Below are positions 43,756-58,022 of a stretch of 64,000 nt of DNA, one piece after another; position 1 is the stretch's first letter; each line of letters begins with the position of its first letter. Source of the stretch: the human T2T-CHM13v2.0 reference genome, Homo sapiens. The DNA is taken from assembly GCF_009914755.1 (NCBI RefSeq), contig NC_060926.1; one strand, 5' to 3'. Under the pieces are notes generated by a model. It did no database searches and was not told the origin of the DNA. It was given only the letters and a program-made list of their open reading frames with translations. The position numbers were made by a program, and so were the translations under genes.

Positions 43756-45078
43756 AATAAAAAGTTAGATCACTTATATATATATACATTGAAAAAAACT
43801 ATTATTGTCCCTTTCCTGGTGAAAAGGAGTATACACAACAGACCTTTGTGATATTCTGCAACAATGACCCATATTGCTGTGGAATTCTCACTTTTTAGTA
43901 GAACCTTTAAAAACTCAAGTGAGCTGTACAACGCCCCGATTGCTTTAACTCCAGTGAACCACGGAGGTATAAAGACGCTAGAGTTCTTTGTAATTCTTCA
44001 GTGCCAAAAATAATAAAGTTGGAAACTTGGATTCCTGTTTGACTCTACTGTATTAAGTGATCAGAATAAAATTACTGTAAGGCTAATCTTCAACCACTTC
44101 ATGGTTTTCATTCTTGCTTTCTATAGTGAACATCTGTTGTTTCCACTTGCTCTAAACCCCTTTCCTTTTGGGATTCAGCCCACTACTCATCCATGTGATT
44201 CTGACAGGAGTTAGCAATGACAGTGCAGATAGATAGCCCAGGCCTGGCCAAGATCACAGGCCCCCATCCCCTCTTCCACAGGGACTGGTCCAATGCAAGG
44301 GCAGGTGATCCTGGGAAGACCAGAGTCCTTTTATAGATTTGATTTGTGGACCCTGAAAAAGGAAGTTCTCTCTCTCCCTTTTGAATCATGGATAGTAAGG
44401 ATGTGGACTTGGAGCTGACACTGGCCCATTATGTAGAGCGGGCCAGACTGAAAATGAAACCAGGAAACAAAAACAGTCCGAAGATGATGGTAAAGAGCCT
44501 GGGCAACACAATCTGGGGCCTAGCATCAGCTATGCCTGTGGACGCTATTAAAGTGCTGAGGTTATTACTTCAGTGAATCAGAGCACAAATGAAGTATTTC
44601 TTCTCTAAGGAATCAAACACAATTCATTTTAGAACTAGACAGGAAAAGACTGAACTAAAGAAAAAGTTTTATCCTAAACTTTCCCAACAGACACCTTCTG
44701 GATAGGCTGCATGTTATCGACTGTGTCAGTCAAATCAGTGGCCTGTACTAATTGGGTAATTCAATTGAAGAGTCAAGTTTGCAAATAACAGTCTTTCCAT
44801 TTTCTGTGCTTTAGAACAATTCTCAAAACACATTTATTATGCTCCCAACCCATACCTGTTCAATTAGGTTTTTCTTCTAAAAATAACTTGGATCAAGAGA
44901 ATCATTTACTTTATACATATTCGAAAACAACTCATCCACTTTCTTCAGTGTTCCACGGAGGGGAAATCTGGTCCAACCAAACAGATGTAGTAAAAAGTAT
45001 GTTTCCTGTTTTGGCTTCTTTGTGTTAATGACCAGGGAAAATATTTGTTGTTTTCCATGTTGGCTTCAACATAATGCA

Positions 45079-45120
45079 TCAATATCCTTTTCTTCCTCTG
45101 AATCTTGCCCTGTTATCCAA
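45079..45120 (-). CDS. COA5: COA5 exon 3 (LDNRARFRGRKGY*)
   Basis: Acceptor tattttcag on -; TGA at 45079..45081. Confidence 0.95.
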   Translation of the reverse strand: MDNRARFRGRKGY

Positions 45121-45290
45121 CTGAAAATAAATATACAATTAAATCAAATTTGGTACAATGTAATTAATTAAACACCCCTTACTTTGGTAAGGGTATCACC
45201 GCATGAGAGAAATAAACCAGTTATTAGCAAAATCAAAAAGGTGATGACATCAGAACTACCAAGAAAAACCACAGTAACAAAGATGGCATT

Positions 45291-45594
<304 letters not shown>

Positions 45595-45959
45595 TTAAAA
45601 ATAGAAGTTCCGCTTAAGGGCAATCAAGAATCCAAATTACATTTAACTTTTTATTTGGACTATACTCAATATACATTCTTCTTCTAAAAAACTTAACTTT
45701 CTAGGTTTAGGTTAATATTCAAATATATTTGAAATCTTTAAATTGCAACTGATGAGCCCTGAAAAATGTTAAGTAACACATTACTTTGGGATTAAAAATC
45801 CTTCAGGTGAATTACCACCTCACAAACTGGCAGCACGTTCTTTGACTGAAGCCTCACAGTGCAGTCATTTCTTAAGGGTAGTAGGTAGAGCAGAGGGTTC
45901 TCAAGTCAGTTTGTAAGGCAAACTTGCATAGTCAATGTCACTCCCCAAAAATTCTATAT

Positions 45960-46315
45960 TGGGGGTCCCTAACCTCCAGGCCATAGACCTGTACCAGTCC
46001 ATGGCCTGGCAGGAAGCAGGCCACACAGGTGGTCAGCAGCAGGAGAGGGAGTGTTAGGGCCTGAGCTCCACCTCCTGTCAGATCAGGGGCATTACATTCA
46101 GATCAGCAGCATTAGAGTCTCAGGAGCATGAACCCTACTGTGAACTGCACATTCAAGGGATCTAGGTGGTACGTTCCTTATGAGAATCTAATGCCTGATG
46201 ACCTGAAGTGGAACAGTTTCATCCCAAAACCATCCCCTGCCCCCTTCCCCGTCCGTGGAAAGATTGTCTTCTTCCATGGAATTGGTCCCTGGTGCCAAAA
46301 ATGTTGCAGACCACT
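45960..46315. mobile_element. MER1-like hAT DNA transposon
   Basis: ggggtccctaacc... and ...ggtccctggtgccaaaaa..gaccact termini; catgaaccctactgtgaactgc core. Confidence 0.7.
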
Positions 46316-46702
46316 ATTCTATAGGAAGGAATTATTTTAGAGACAGACCCTGCCAGTTAGTCCAACAAAGTGTGGACAGACAGCCATTTATTCACTGAGC
46401 ACTAGGTAAAGTAGCTAAAGCCATACTTTTAAAAAAAAATTTTAAAACACAGGAATCAGGATGGTGAACTGCTCATACTATGAGAGAACAGCAGATTCAA
46501 ACTTCCCATCTCACCTTCAATAAGATGCACACTCATTTTAATAGCATACAAAATTACCCACACAATTTAAATGTTTATATTTCTGGGTTTTTTGCCAAGC
46601 ATGTATAACAAGTTGCATTAACAGCGATATGACTCTACTCATTTTGGAGGACTAACAGTAAAACATGGTCTTGGAGAAAGATTATAAAAAGGTCCCTAAG
46701 CT

Positions 46703-46992
46703 GGTCGGGTGTTAATGGCTCATGCCTGTAATCCCAGCACTCTGGGAGGGAGAGGTGGGTGGATCAGGAGTTTGAGACCAGCCTGGCCAACATGGCGAAA
46801 CCCCATCTCTACTAAAAATATAAAACTTAGCTGGGCATGGTGGCAGCTGCCTGTAGTCCCAGCTACTCGGGAGGCTGAAGCACGAGAATCACTTGAACCC
46901 AGGACGCAGAGGTTGCAGCGAGCCAAGATCACACCACTGCACTCCAGCCCGGGCAACAGAGCGAGACTCCATCTCAAAAAAAAAAAAAAAAA
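46703..46992 (+). mobile_element. AluS element
   Basis: Alu dimer with small internal deletion; TSD aa(a/g)ggtccctaag. Confidence 0.93.
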
Positions 46993-47522
46993 GGGTCCCT
47001 AAGGTGCTCTTCTCAGTGTCAAAGTATATGTGAAACTCTGCCTTGTACTGATATTTAGAAATGGTAAGAACATTTTACTTTTTATGTAAGATTGTTAAAA
47101 ATTTCTGCTGAAAGTAGATAAATTGTAAAAATAAAAAAAAATCTGACTTCGTTCTTTGGAGATCGAAGACTGAGCTTTAGGTAGAGAATTTCAGAGGGTT
47201 TACTGCACACGCTTTGAAATTCTTGACAAAGTTAAAGGTTTGCATTTTACATGGGTAACAAATCTATGTGAGAGAAGGCAAGAAAATCCTCCTCTATTCA
47301 CACTGAATGACAGGAAAAGATGTCACTTAAGAAAGTAAACAGAGCAGGGCCAAATTTAATCTAACTTTACACCCTCCCTGGATCTGATTAGCTGGCAAAC
47401 ATGCTCCAAGTTCTTTGTTTACAACCACTTGCAGGTCGTAAGTATCAGTACCCTCCATTTCTTTTGTTAACAAAAAGGAAGGGATTTGCAGTGTAGTTCC
47501 TAAGCAAACAAAAGCATGCTCA

Positions 47523-47839
<317 letters not shown>

Positions 47840-48434
47840 TCAAGTCCAAGTGCTTTCTTCCTTTAATGGGATGCTCATATTTTTGGTTTTATACATTTCT
47901 CCAAGAAAAGGGTCTCAGTTTCCATTCCAAAGATCTCCATACATCTTCCAAATCAAAGAATGTTAGAATGAACCCCAGAGATTTGTAATCTCTTTTTAGG
48001 CCCTATTTCTACAATCCATCCCTCCAAAATTCAAACACAGATACTGACATTTTCTCTTAGTCACATAAGGCACAAATGTATACACCTTGGAGCTCCACAT
48101 TATATGTTTGTATACAATTGCCAACTGATCTGAACTCGAGTGGCCAACATCAACTTTTACCCGTATATACCTGCCGAGACTTCATTCTCACACTTTCAGA
48201 AATGCATGAAGTTCAGCAGCTGTAGTTAGCACGGTGACAGAAGAACATAACAATGAGCTGTGGGTTTTTATGAACGCTACCTAACGTTAACTCACTGGAG
48301 GAAGAAATATTATCTATGTAATTTTTTCCAAACCATATCACTGCAACTTACCTATAACTATTAAGTCATTCATATATTTAACCTCCCTATAGCTAATTTT
48401 TAGCATAGGCTTTTAAAAATCTTTAACCACTTAC

Positions 48435-48518
48435 CACTGATCTTTTACACTCAAAAAATGCGTACTTCAAAGAGTTGCAGTATCCTTCCTTCAAACACTG
48501 CCGAGGTGATTTTCCTTC
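48435..48518 (-). CDS. COA5: COA5 exon 2 (EGKSPRQCLKEGYCNSLKYAFFECKRSV)
   Basis: 84 nt, phase 0-0, acceptor catag and donor GTG|GTAAGT on -; second Cx9C motif. Confidence 0.95.
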
Positions 48519-51500
48519 CTATGACAGACACATAAAACAATATAAACACCTTGGAAATTTTCTCACAAAGCACAAAATAATTGTCCTTCTGAAAATAGTC
48601 CTTTTTAAAAGTGTTAAAGGAGGAAAATAGAAAGTTATGTAGGAAATAGTTCTTAATTCATTTGGGCTATTGGTGCCTAAAGAATGAAAAAAAAATTGTA
48701 AAGTAACTTGGGAACTTTAAGGACACTGTTGAATTCTTGAAAACACTGGTTTCTATTGGATACTTTTCCTTAAACTGTTTATATAAAAATCTAGAAAGGG
48801 TTATCTTCATTTCCTTATGGGTGAAATGTGTGAACTGGGTACCCTAAAATCAGAATATTTTTAGTGTTGGCACGAAACACTTCACAAAGATATTAACAAG
48901 GCAGGCTGGAATACTACTTAAATAGAAACATGTGGCCCATTCATGCACCAGGAAAAATGTAACCCAAAGCTCATCTGCTCTGCATAATCAGGGATTTTCC
49001 CTCAAGCAGATTTTGACTCTACAGCCGCATCACTGCAGCCACTCCCCAGAACCTTTATGTTGCAAGTGCCAGGCACGCTCTGCCAGTTTTTCCTATGAAA
49101 AGCTACAGGGTACTATGTCTGTGGTATTCCTGTTCCCCAGGAGTCTTGGCCACCTTCCAGTCTGTATGTCTGCCTGGGTCCTAGATATCAAATGTCATCT
49201 ACCTCAGTGACTCTCAAAAGTGGATAAGAGTAGCAGGTTTCCTTCCTCTCCAAACTCTGCAATTCTGCTGGTGGGATGTGTTGCCCACATGAACGACGTG
49301 GAGGCAGACAAAAGAAGACTAACCATATAAAAGGTTATAACTATAGTTTATAAGCTGATGCCTCTTCAAACTGTATCTAAGATGCTACCTTTTTCAAAAG
49401 CTTTCAACCTATATTGTCAACTGCCTGGGGTAAAGATCCATCTAGATACACTAAAGCTAAGAGACAGTCATTCGTTATCCACTCCACCCCAAATAACAGA
49501 CTGCTAGCTGTCTGCTCTTCCTTTTTATCCAGCATATGGCTGGGTGAGATCTCCTAGACGCCCTTGCATCTAGCTGTGGTCCTGTGACTAAGTTCTAGCC
49601 ACTGGAATGTGTGGGAAACAGGTGTAGAACTTCTGGGTTGGTCCTTAAAGAGGCTTGCCCCTTTCCTCACTTCACTCCATAAGGTTGCCGGGCCTGATGA
49701 TGTGGAAGCAAACCAGTCTTGGACCATGAATATGAGAGTAACACCCTACTTGCTATATTTTCCTATTTTCACAGCACAGAGTCACAAGATCAACAGTGTC
49801 TGTGTTCATGGAAGACTGAGGGAAATGACTAGGCCCTGATTATAGGCACAAGGACAAAAGAGAAAGTTCTCTATCTCGTTTAAGCCACTATTATTCTGGG
49901 TCTCTGTAACATGCACTTGAATCTATATTCTAACTAATACACTCCCAAGCTTTTTTGCCTTCTGAGGTCAAGATCAGTCAGTGCTCTCAAACATGGCTGT
50001 GCCCAAAACCAACCTAGGAAAGAAACTTTTAACTTATTGGGGGTAGGGTGAGGGCAGCAGTGGAATCTGTACTTTTAAAAAGCCACACCACTTCTAGGTG
50101 ATTCTGATGAAGAGTCAGTGGATCTGGAAGCTGTTAGTGGAGACGAAGATACCCTATGATGAGTGAAGTTCCTCTGGCAGAGTTTCATTGTCCTGATCAT
50201 CCAGGAGTCATTAAATCCTAAGAAGTCTCTTCAAGAGATGCCTTTTGAATCTGCTTTTTCCCTGCTTTCCTCCAGCCCCACTGGAATTTACATCCTTACC
50301 ATTACCCTGAGTTTCTCTGAGGCCCTCTAACTCCTTGACAGTCTCCCAAAGCAGCACCTAGAACTAAATACATGTTTATGTTGAATTCCTCCCTAGAGCG
50401 AGGTGCTGCAGGTTTCAGGTGGGTTAAAGACTGGCAAGAAGAGACTACAGCACCAACCTGCCATAGGATCAGATTAACCTTTTTATTCAAGAACTTAAGA
50501 AATCAAAAATTTCCATCATAATTAAGGTTGCCACACAGAGCAAGCACAGACCTCAGCAGAGCTTTCCTTGGTCTTTCAGAGTCCCCAGTGAGGAGCAGTG
50601 GGCAGTAGCTGCCAACAGATTGTAGGAGATTGTTCTGGACCTGCAAACCTCCTCACTATTGCCCTTTTACAATCCAGCTGAAGTCAGCATTCAGAATCAA
50701 TTTAACACAAACTGTATACGAACTTCCATCTAAAGAACTGCTTATAAGCATCACGTTTTCTGGCTGACCAAACTGAGCATTGGTAAGGCCACATATTCAA
50801 TGGCGGGAAAAGCAAAGTCTGTACCAGCTGTCCCAACCATAATCTCTGCCTACAGCATTCTAGCCAAACAGCTCCGCTTTCTATACTGGAGAGACCATGT
50901 TCCATTCATCAGTATTTGTTCCCTGAACTGGAGCCTGGCGCTCCGTACATGTTTGCTGTATCAACCGCTGCAGAAAGCCAGCTTGGAATTCTCTGTGCTG
51001 CTGCTATTGTCCTCCACTTGGAGTTTCTTTCCTCAGTCCTACTCAGTGTACTTTCTTCCCTTGACTACTCATCAACATGGCCTTCCGATGCTGAACGTCT
51101 GGATAAAATCCAGTCTCCTCACTCTGACACACATACAGGCCTTCACACCTGGCTGCAACCTTCCCCTCAGGCCTTCTGTCGCATTCCCCTATGGCAGGAC
51201 ACTAGCTCCTCTGCGCCCTCCCACATCTCCCTGCCTCTGCACTTGCTGTTCTTTCAGATTTTCCCCACAACCACAACAGTTCCCACTCCTTTACTTGATA
51301 AACTACTACTCAACTTTTAAGACTCAGCTCAAATGTCATCTCAGAAGATTCCAAATTCTGAAGCAAAATCAGACGCTCTCCCTTGGGCTAACGCATTTTT
51401 CTCCTCAAGATCTAGTCATTAAACACATGTTTAATAAATGCTTACAGTCTTATGGCAGGAATTTAGACCCTTAGATGTCTATTTCTCCCATGACACCAAG

Positions 51501-52633
51501 CTTACATGGGTAGTGACTGTTACTGATTCATCTTCGTTATCACCAGTGTCAGGTACCATGCCTGCCACTTAAGAGGCATTTACCAGGAGCTGGCTGAACG
51601 GCAGCACCAGTGAGTAAGGGGCAGAAGGGACACAGCCCTGGACAGGGGAGCCTGAAAACAACGGTACTTCAGTTTCCTCATTTATATAAGGAAGTTGGGC
51701 GAGATAATCTCTTAAATTTATAATAACTCAAGTTTTACTAGACATTGGGAGGCGAGAATGGCTGACTGCTAAAATCAGTGAACCAAACTAATTGTGACTC
51801 GGTAGAAACACTGGTACAGTCTTACAGTGGATGTCCATTTGGGGGTAATCTTTTCTCTGAAATAACAGCAACTTTCTGAAACTACATCCCCCAATGCAAA
51901 GACAATTGCACACAATTGAATGCCCTCTCGTCGGGCCTCTGCAATTGGAAAAGGCACTTGTGCTTTACTTGAGCTCTAATCCAGAACTCAGGTCCACTGT
52001 GAACCTCACTACATGTTTCAGTGCATTCCAAGAGGGTGCTGAGGAGACCTGTGTCTGTAGCCGGGGAGTGAAGGAAGAGTGTAGGGGAAGCAAGATACGA
52101 AATCGTGAAAATATGGAGTTGCCTTATTTTTACAACTTAACATCCAAGAATGCAGAGAACTGTAACTCAGAATCAAATTCACATCAACACAAGTCAAACT
52201 GAGCACACATTGTCACAACTGAACAGGCAGGAGACACTACTGGCCAGGGCAGTGTACCAGGTTTACGCAACTCTCTGGAATCATTAATTCTACAGATTAT
52301 CATTTCTAGGCAGGCAAGAAACCTGGCTTATTCTCCTTTATGTCTCCAAAGCCTAGTAGAGTGCTAGCATTCAATAAAGGCTTCGTGAACTGAAATGGGT
52401 TAACCTTTACAAAAACCCGACAGGGTGCGTTTATCGTTATCTCCGATTTAACCCCACAGGGAACTGGGGCTCCGACAGCTCAGTGGATCTGCGCACGTTC
52501 AGTGAGCCCGAGCTGTGACCTACGCCCGGGATGGTTAACTCCAACCGCCGCCGCGGGCGACCCGCTGCCCTCCGCCGAGCCAGGCCTGCCTGGGACAGGG
52601 GTCGTCACCACCGGGAGCGCCCGGCCGCGCTAC

Positions 52634-52732
52634 CTGGACCACACAGTCCGACTGCAGCAGACACGCGCCCAGGTCCTCCTTCAGGCCCGCGCACGCGCCG
52701 CCCTGCGGCTTGTCCTCATAATACTTAGGCAT
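52634..52732 (-). CDS. COA5: COA5 exon 1 CDS (MPKYYEDKPQGGACAGLKEDLGACLLQSDCVVQ), cytochrome c oxidase assembly factor 5, twin Cx9C, 74 aa total
   Basis: ORF 52535..52732; donor CAG|GTAGCG on -; 33+28+13 codons = 74 aa. Confidence 0.96.
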
Positions 52733-52899
52733 GACGGCGCTTCCCCTCCGATGCGGACGCGACTTTCTCCCACCGCAACACTTGCAACCGGGTCGGGAGC
52801 GAGCGAGGCCCCAGTCTCAGGGGACCGGAAGCCAGCGGCAACAACTTCCGGCGGGCCGCGGGGGTAGGGCCGAGGACTACGGGGGCCGAGAGGTGGCGC

Positions 52900-53053
52900 G
52901 TCCGCGGCGGAAGTCGGTTCCCGTGACGCGGCGCGCCCCAAGGGCCGGCTCCGTTGAGGGAAGGGAAGCCCGCCCGGTGGCGGCTGGGGTCGGCTGCTGG
53001 GAGGAGGTGGTGGGCTGGTTCGGACGTGGGTTGAGGCTGTAGCAGGACTCCAG
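52900..53053 (+). other. UNC50: UNC50 non-coding exon 1 (start approximate)
   Basis: Strong donor CAG|GTGAGG at 53054 within the CpG island. Confidence 0.6.
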
Positions 53054-54082
53054 GTGAGGCCTGAGGACCACTCTGCCCTCCCGCGGCCCGGGCTCGCGCC
53101 GGGGGCCATTTAATCCCGACAGCTTGCGGCCTGACGTCGCTGCGGCCTGGCAGTGACCATGTCGGCGTCCGGCCCCTCGGCCGGCGATAGAGTTGCGGCT
53201 AAAATGAAAGGACGCCCAGTTACATTTGCATCGTAGATAAAGAAAGAGCATTTAGTATAAGCATGTCCGAAATGTTGCGTGGGATGTAGGCATACTAAAA
53301 CCTTATTCGTGGCCTGTCTGAAATCCAAATGGAGCTGGGTATTCTGTGTTTTTATTTGCTAAATCTGGCAGCCGTACCCGCGGCCCCGGGCAGGGAGGGA
53401 GCAGCTGGGCTCGGCCAGACCCTGCCGGCGTCTGGGGGGCCTGCGAAGTGGAGGGGAGACGGGCAGCCGGGCAGTGGCCGGCGTTCCCCGGAGCTCGGAC
53501 CGGTTGGACTGGACTCCGACGCTACCGCTCCCTCTGCTGAACTATTCCGGATGTAAAACACTAGGGATCGGAGTTTTTCTTGGTTTTTTAATCTCATTCT
53601 AGTGACCGAGAAGCTTGCTGGCAGTGCGCTGATCTGTGTGAATAGGCCATTTATTTGACCTCTTCAGTAACACTGTTCTAACCGGCTGAAACTGCTTTCT
53701 TAGGCATTTTCTTAAAAGCTTGGTGGTTAAGAGCACGGAATTTCGAGTCAGATTTCCAATCTTGGCTCTATCACTATCCTCGGAGTCATGGGGCAGTCAC
53801 ATCATCCCTGTCTCTGTAATGGTAGCTGCCCCTGGATAAGTGTTATTAGGTGATTCAGAAGGGTGGGCTGTTGCCCTTGCTTGAGGTTGCAGTCTGCGGT
53901 TCCCAAGCCCCAAGACCCGCCTCAGAACTAACTGCATTTGCTTTTGACTCCTGGCCTTTCTCTAGGGTTGGGAAGAACATGGAAAGTGACCTCCCTGCCA
54001 AATAACTCAGAAGAGGAGTGTCGGTAGCCAAAAGTTTCTTCAGAATACGTGTAAAAGAAATGTTTTTCTTCCATCTAGGAAG

Positions 54083-54362
54083 ATGTTACCGAGTACTTCA
54101 GTGAATTCCTTAGTGCAGGGGAACGGAGTCTTGAATTCCAGGGATGCGGCAAGACACACAGCCGGAGCGAAACGCTACAAATATCTGAGAAGGCTTTTCC
54201 GCTTTCGGCAAATGGACTTTGAATTTGCTGCCTGGCAGATGCTCTACCTGTTCACATCCCCACAGAGAGTTTACAGAAATTTTCATTATCGAAAACAGAC
54301 GAAGGACCAGTGGGCCAGAGATGACCCTGCTTTCTTGGTCCTGTTAAGTATCTGGCTCTGTG
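54083..54362 (+). CDS. UNC50: UNC50 first coding exon (MLPSTSVNSLVQGNG...RQMDFEFAAWQMLYL...KQTKDQWARDDPAFLVLLSIWLC)
   Basis: Acceptor catctag ending 54078, aagATG, donor GTG|GTAAGT; UNC-50 family motif. Confidence 0.96.
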
Positions 54363-55097
54363 GTAAGTGTGTTTATCTGAGATAGAATTGAACGCTGAGT
54401 GTTTCTGATTAGATTTTTTGTTATAAATGTGTTGTGGGTCAGAATCTGGAAATATTGGAAACTATTTCTCCTTTTTACTGAAGCCTCAAAAAATCTCACA
54501 GGAAAGAAAGTTGTAGTCTTGGTTCTACAGGTCCCAAGCAGATGCCAGAGTAAACTGTTACCCTAGGACATTGAAAAGCAGGGGACAAGATTCACTCCAT
54601 ATCTTTTTAAGTACTTGAATCGGTACCCAAATGTCAGCTGACTGTGAATAGGAATATGAAACTGGAAATTGCATTTCACAGGCAAATCCACAGTGAGAAT
54701 TGTAAAGGTATTGATGGGAACCTGAGAAACTGAAGTTCTCCAATTCCATAATGCAAGGGTCTCATTTACCTGTAGGGTGTTGAAGTGGGTAAGATATTGA
54801 AGTTTATAGGGTGTTTTGCACCTTAACTGGACTTAAACTATGTTAGTGCCTTCTCTACACTGGCGTTCTAAATACTGAGGCCACCGTGGTGAATCAGCCT
54901 GGCAAGGGCCCACCTCAGGAAACTTCAACTCTCTCAGTGGCCACGCTGTGTCCCAAGGTAGTGTTCACACATCTTGGGAGTTTTGTTTAAAGACCTGTCT
55001 CTCCCACTAGCCTGGGCATCTGGAGGGCAAGGGATGTGTCCTGTATTTCCAGAACCTAGCAGAGTCCCTAAATGAATCTTGTGAATCTTTCTTTCAG

Positions 55098-55218
55098 TGT
55101 CCACTATAGGATTTGGCTTTGTGCTGGACATGGGATTCTTTGAGACAATAAAGCTTCTCCTTTGGGTTGTACTCATAGATTGTGTAGGCGTTGGTCTTCT
55201 GATAGCAACTTTAATGTG
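55098..55218 (+). CDS. UNC50: UNC50 exon (VSTIGFGFVLDMGFFETIKLLLWVVLIDCVGVGLLIATLMW)
   Basis: ctttcag acceptor, GTG|GTAAGT donor, phase 1-2. Confidence 0.95.
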
Positions 55219-55450
55219 GTAAGTACCATAACTTTGGTTTTTCAGATACTGCTGTAGCATCTCCATTTGTTTGCTTCAGAGGTACAATAGCAGCAGATGG
55301 AAATTGAAACCCAGGTAGAGTTACTAAATGATCAATTTTGACTGCCAAGATTATTACAATTTTCCCTCCTGTGTTGCCACCTATATCAGAAAATACTATA
55401 AAGGCTGGTTTATAATATTGTCAAATGTAGCAAATAATTGAAATAATTAT

Positions 55451-56010
55451 GTTTTGAACCCAAAATATCTGAGATCGGTCTCAATTTAGAAAGTTTAGTT
55501 TGCCAAAGTTAAGGACATGCCTGTGACACAGCCTTAGGAGGTCCTGATGACATGTGCCCAAGGTGGTCGGGGCACAGCTTGCTCTTATACATTTTAGGGA
55601 GACTTGAGACATCAGTCAATATGTGTAAAATGTACATTGTTTTAATCCAGAAAGTGGGGAAAGGCAGGTTATAGTTAGATAAGAGACAAATGGTTGCATT
55701 CTTTTGAGTCTTTGATCTGCCTTTCACTGAATACACAATTTACTTGTGAGAGGCAGGTACAGGAATAGTCATTTATGCCTTAATCTGGCTCAGTGAGTCT
55801 GCATTTTTACATAAACAATGGGGCAGAGGAAGCAATCAGATAAACACTTGTCTCAGGTGAGTAGAAGGAGGACTTTCTGTCCCACACCTGTAAAGATAAG
55901 CTATCTTAGGAATAAAATAGGAGGCAAGTTTGCCTGACACAGTTACCAGCTTGACTTTTCCCTTTGGCTTAGTGATTTTGGGGTCCCGAGATTTATTTTC
56001 TGCATACTAA
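55451..56010. mobile_element. ERV1 solo LTR, MER4-like
   Basis: gacacagccttaggaggtcctgatgacatgtgcccaaggtggtcgggg MER4-type motif; boundaries approximate. Confidence 0.7.
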
Positions 56011-56689
56011 CAAAATGCCTGGTTTTGCAAAAATATTACAGATTTAGCCAGTTCTGCTTAAGTTGTCTGGATGATAGCATGGTTTTCTGCATTTGTCAAT
56101 AGAGACCACTTCTTGATATTCATTGTGTTTAAATCCATTTAGATCTAAAGGGTTATTTTGTGGAGTCTTACTTTGAATCTTTGCATTAAATGAAGTATAC
56201 TTGAAAAAGAAGGATTTTTTTTTAAACTTCTCATGCCTTCCTACTGAGAATAAAATTCTCTCTCTTTCTCTCATACACACACACCCTCCGCCCCCCCCGC
56301 CCCCCGACCGCCACACACACACACGGGCTTTATCAGAAGGGTTCTCAGTCTGACTTTGGTTGATTTAGCAACAGCAGTGTACTGAGGATAAATCTGGTGT
56401 TTGGTAAAGTCCTCCTGTGTGGTTGGCATGCTGGATGAAGGGCAGGGGATGTGGCTAGCGATCTCAGTAGAGGACCAGTGGTTGGGTAGACATGGTGGTC
56501 ATTGTGGAGAACATTTTAGTTGCAGAGAGACCTGGGTTCAAATGCCAACTTAGTTATCTGTGAAACTCTTAGTCCCAGTCTCTTCTTTTACAAAATCTAG
56601 TTAATTACCTATTCTGTCCAATTTTTGAGATAATTATGTTATGAAAATTACCTGACACAGTTAAGTGTTCAATATTTGGTAGTTACTAA

Positions 56690-57409
<720 letters not shown>

Positions 57410-57665
57410 TATTTTCCTTTGTAACTTCTGACTAGTACAGCAGAGCTTTTGTATGTGCTAGTTAGCCAATAAATGCTGTCCACTGTTAATATAAAATTCT
57501 AAAATCTGGCCTAGAATTAATACTAATGTAAGTCACGTATTCATTACCAAGAAATTCATGAAAAACAAATGGTGTGTTTTAAAATTTCAATAAATAAGAC
57601 TTTCAAAGGAATAGTTTCATTCATAACAAGCATTCTGCCCTGAATGCAGTAATTCTGGAGGCCAC

Positions 57666-58022
57666 TGTCTTAGTCTGTTCTCAATGCTGCTATAAAGAAA
57701 TATCTGAGACTGGGTAATTTATAAAGGAAAAAGGTTTAATTGACTCACAGTTCTGCATTGCTAGGGAGGCCTCAGGAAACTTATAATCATGGCAGAAGGC
57801 AAAGGAGAAGCAGGCACCTTCCTCACAGGGTGGCGGGATGGAGTGAGTACAAGTGGGGGAAATGCCAAATGCTTATAAAACCATCAGATCTTGTGAGACT
57901 CACTGACTATCACGAGAACAGCATGGGGGAAATTACGTCCATCTGGCCCCACCCTTGACACGTGGGGATTCTGGGGATTGCTGTTCAAGATGAGATTTTG
58001 GGGACACAGCCAAACAATATCA
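57666..58022. mobile_element. MaLR solo LTR (THE1/MST-like)
   Basis: TG...CA ends; ctgagactgggtaatttataaaggaaa motif; 5-bp flanks gccac/ggcac. Confidence 0.8.

Larger units (their letters stand above)
52480..53530. promoter_or_regulatory. CpG island / bidirectional promoter of COA5 and UNC50
   Basis: High GC and CpG; ETS/GABP motifs at 52825, 52844 and 52908; no obvious TATA; divergent first exons. Confidence 0.9.

Noticed and set aside
48435-48518. COA5 disease allele (recalled Ala53Pro)
   Set aside because: Codon 53 reads GCA (Ala), the normal allele.
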